A stretch of DNA of 63,538 bases, counting the filler, from Sphacelaria rigidula (taxonomy: Eukaryota), in NCBI GenBank assembly GCA_964200075.2. It is 11 parts of 11 records of this genome, joined end to end, with 100 filler letters (N's around TTAATTAATTAA, not from the genome) between each part and the next. Parts side by side here need not be neighbours in the genome. Positions count along the whole stretch, not along the records: positions 57,855 to 63,538 come from CAXNAA020025271.1; 10 more parts are not named here. One strand, 5' to 3'. The position numbers and the translations under genes were made by a program. The notes beneath the pieces are model-generated. The model made no database searches and was not told the origin of the DNA. It worked only from the letters and a program-made list of their open reading frames with translations. Shown here piece after piece: positions 60,640 to 63,538 of this stretch. Within the stretch, counting starts at the first letter, position 1. The number at the start of each line of letters is the position of its first letter.

Positions 60640-60743
60640 CTGCTCTTGCCGGAAGACGAAGTTGTTGAATTGCTGCTGCAGCACCTCGTTCGCGTAGTTG
60701 ATGAGGAACTGCTCGAAGTAGTTGTGATTGAAAATCTCGAAAC
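60640..60743 (-). CDS. Myosin motor domain exon (switch II / relay helix)
   Basis: [35 protein letters not shown]; phases 1/0. Confidence 0.93.
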
Positions 60744-62770
60744 CTTTCGGGGTTTTTTTGTGAAAAAAAATAAGCGAGTTTACAAAACAAAAGACAAACA
60801 ATTTCAACAGACGACGAGAAGACAATGGGAGGACGGAGGGGATGCATGAGAAGCGGAATAGATGCGGGAAAAAAGGGAGGGGAAGACGTACAATCGGGTG
60901 TGCGAGAAGGACACGCGTGAAATTCTCACCAAGGGAAAATCACAACTAATTTCATGGGTGTTGTTCGGAGTATATCATCCGGGCCGAAAAGAGACGGTAC
61001 CTTGACTACACAAAAGATCCCGTTTACCGAAATAAAACAACAACAATGTCCAGATGTAGGGTCTTGAATGATTCCCCCCTCCCCTGTCCGGGGCACACAC
61101 GATACTCCGCAGGGGAAGGTTACAATAACACAAGAACAAAAGTAATCAGGTTAGCTTAGGACCTTCGTTCACAGATCAGCCATCGATACAGACCGGAAGG
61201 CTGCCGATCGACGGATAGACCTACTCGGGCGACGAAGGGTAGCGTGGTGATATGAGTATGGATGATTATAGGGGTAGGTGTCAATTCGTACCCTGATGAG
61301 GACCCTGAAATCATTCAGTACTGGGGCCTCGATGCACTGGATGGGTACATACCCTGGGCCCGTTATAGAAAAAAACTTGTAGGTTAGGATGCCTGGGTGA
61401 ACGGCACCTCACAGTAGATACCCCAACAATGCGTGAAGATCTTGGTGCCAGCGACACTGACAAAAAGTCTGTGTTGTGATATGAGCAAATTCAAGAGCAG
61501 CGATACGAGCAAACTCAAGACCACGGACAAGATCTAACGGCACGCTCTCGAAGATGTGCAGTGTTGCTCCTTTTCAATATCATGAAGGCATTGTACTGAA
61601 ATTATAGTTCATTATCCGCGGCGTCAATCGGAGACCGTCATACTCTAGGGCCTAAAATATGCTGAGACTAAAGGGGGCAGGCGTCCTTGGAAGAGAGGTC
61701 TCCACATCAGCAAGGATACCGGGCGCTACAGACCAACTTTCGCGCGTTTGACAGCCGGATGGGAAAGGATACTTATCACTACGAATGTAGAAAGCGTTTA
61801 TTGCACGATATGTATCCGCGCAATGTAATACCCGACGAAGCTGACACTGTGTGTTCCTAGTGCCAGTACAACGAATACTGTAGAACTGACTACGATGCGA
61901 GCCACGCCTCGACAGGGCTAGAATACCCTCGATCTATTCGTGAGAAAAAAAAATTGCAATTCGCACTCTGTCGTGTTTTGGAACCATGTGAAAACTCTGC
62001 ACAAGGGTGATCACGCGCCTGCCAGAGTAAGGTACATATCTTCACGTGGGGGCACACTATGATATAATATCTAGTTGATTCTGAGAGAAGAAAACTACAG
62101 CAACTGCCCCTGTCATTTTCAGACCGTCGTGGGAACGCCCACGCCAGGTCTGGCACTGTGCGGGAGGACACGTTGCCCCCTGCCCGAGCAGGTCCGCAGT
62201 GGTTCTCGACAAAAGACACTCATCTCCTTGGCTGCCTTGTGCGGCCGCGTCTTGCTCGGCACGGCGTATACAACTCAGGGGCATCTGCCTCAAACATATG
62301 GAGAACATTAACTAGCGGCTTTTTCCGGCCTTGGTGCCAGCCTCGACCAACAGGGGGGCGATGTAAACCACAAGGATGGCAAGATCTTCTCCTGTCTCCG
62401 CGCGTATTTTATACCGTTACCCTCTAGAACTGTCGTCAGAAAGTGTTCTTGTTTTCGGAAACAGTGCAGCATCGGGCATAATCATCCTTTCAAGCCACGC
62501 AGAGCACAAAACGCCTTGGGTCGCCGAGACTGCTGTCAACACCCACCTGCAGCTTTAGTACACACATGCGTCAAGTTTCAGTATAATCAGATGCCTGGTG
62601 TACTGTGTTGGGGGCGCCTTATCTCCAAAAATACCGCCTCCATAATATTGAAAAGGAATAACACTGTGTGGCCTCCTGTTGAACAAAACAAGAATGTCTC
62701 CACTGTAATGCAGTCAGTACAGTGCGGCGCGGGGGGGCACGAGCACATCTGCAAGAAAAAAGAAGCTCAC

Positions 62771-62945
62771 CGAAGATATCAAGAAGACCAATAAAGATGC
62801 GATCCTCCGTCATCACCTCTGCCTGCTTCGCCTCAATGCACTGGTTCGTCCGCCCCACAACCCACTCAAACATCGCCGCGTACACCGCCTTGGCCAGGGC
62901 ATCCCTCGCGTGCCTGGACTGCTCTTGCGTTAGGAAAATGGTCAC
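62771..62945 (-). CDS. Myosin motor domain exon
   Basis: ARDALAKAVYAAMFEWVV..IGLLDIF G|GTGAGC. Confidence 0.93.
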
Positions 62946-63284
62946 CTGCACGCACAAGAAATACACAGAATGGAATCGAATAAAAGGACAAGCGTGAAAA
63001 AAAAGGGGTGTACAACACATGCAAGCCCCCCAGTCCCCGCCTCCGCCGGGAAAGTTCCGACATCTTCATGAATGTGCCATTTTCCATAAATACCCAACAC
63101 GTCGGGCAACTTGACTTGATCCTTTCCGTCATAACTACCCTGTGAGTGTTAGTAACACACCTAATGGGCTTTTGGCCGGGTGATTATAGAAAGTGACTCA
63201 GCGGTGCGTATTCTGGCTAGGTGAGTTACACAACAGACACAAACACGGGAGACTGGAGGAGTGCTACACAATCTCGTCTCTCGC

Positions 63285-63497
63285 CTGACTGCTAATCCCT
63301 GCGTTGATCTTGCGGCTGGTGAGCGCGCTCAGGATCGCCTCCGGGGACACGTCCAGCAGGCGCGCCGCTGCCTCAAGGCGCGGGCGGCTAGACTCTGCAA
63401 GACCCGTCAGCGCATCACCGTCCTTAGCGTCCGGTTGCTCCAGGAAGTCCACGTCGCCCAATGCAAGCACGGCCGCCACCATACGGAACACATTCGC
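63285..63497 (-). CDS. Myosin motor domain exon (probable GC donor)
   Basis: VFRMVAAVLALGDVDF..AARLLDV..LTSRKINAG; acceptor ACACAG; donor CAG|GCGAGA. Confidence 0.88.
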
Positions 63498-63538
63498 CTG
63501 TGTTTGTGTGTGTGTGTTCCAGTGAGGGAGGGGAGGGG

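Noticed and set aside
61400..62400. Possible retroelement integrase remnant in the myosin intron
   Set aside because: Only a vague TAYTTQG resemblance; not supportable

Overview
This window is not one locus. It is 11 unrelated, size-sorted contigs of 5,684-5,686 bp joined by a 100-bp artificial linker (44 N + TTAATTAATTAA + 44 N), so adjacency across linkers has no meaning. The DNA is intron-rich and eukaryotic, most likely brown algal (inferred from an EsV-1-7 repeat gene, an ASAF-type plastid presequence and long repeat-filled introns). I reconstructed partial genes from phase-compatible exons: a Dicer/RIG-I-like DExD/H helicase, a stomatin-like (SLP-2) protein, a secreted fasciclin (FAS1) protein, a plastid-targeted single-TM protein, an EsV-1-7 repeat protein, a USP48-like deubiquitinase and a myosin motor domain. 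The rest is mostly mobile DNA: three Ty3/Gypsy remnants, a decayed LINE with a nested insertion, two tRNA-derived SINE families and several MITE/foldback elements. I found no clearly new biological system. The most unusual items are a Gypsy lineage with a very long Gag and, in one member, an expanded CX2CX18HX4C zinc knuckle; a putative thylakoid protein with a three-part presequence; repeated AG|GCGAG non-canonical splice donors; and a decayed Cys-cluster/Ulp1-like transposon candidate. All protein identities come from motif recognition by eye, not from database searches.
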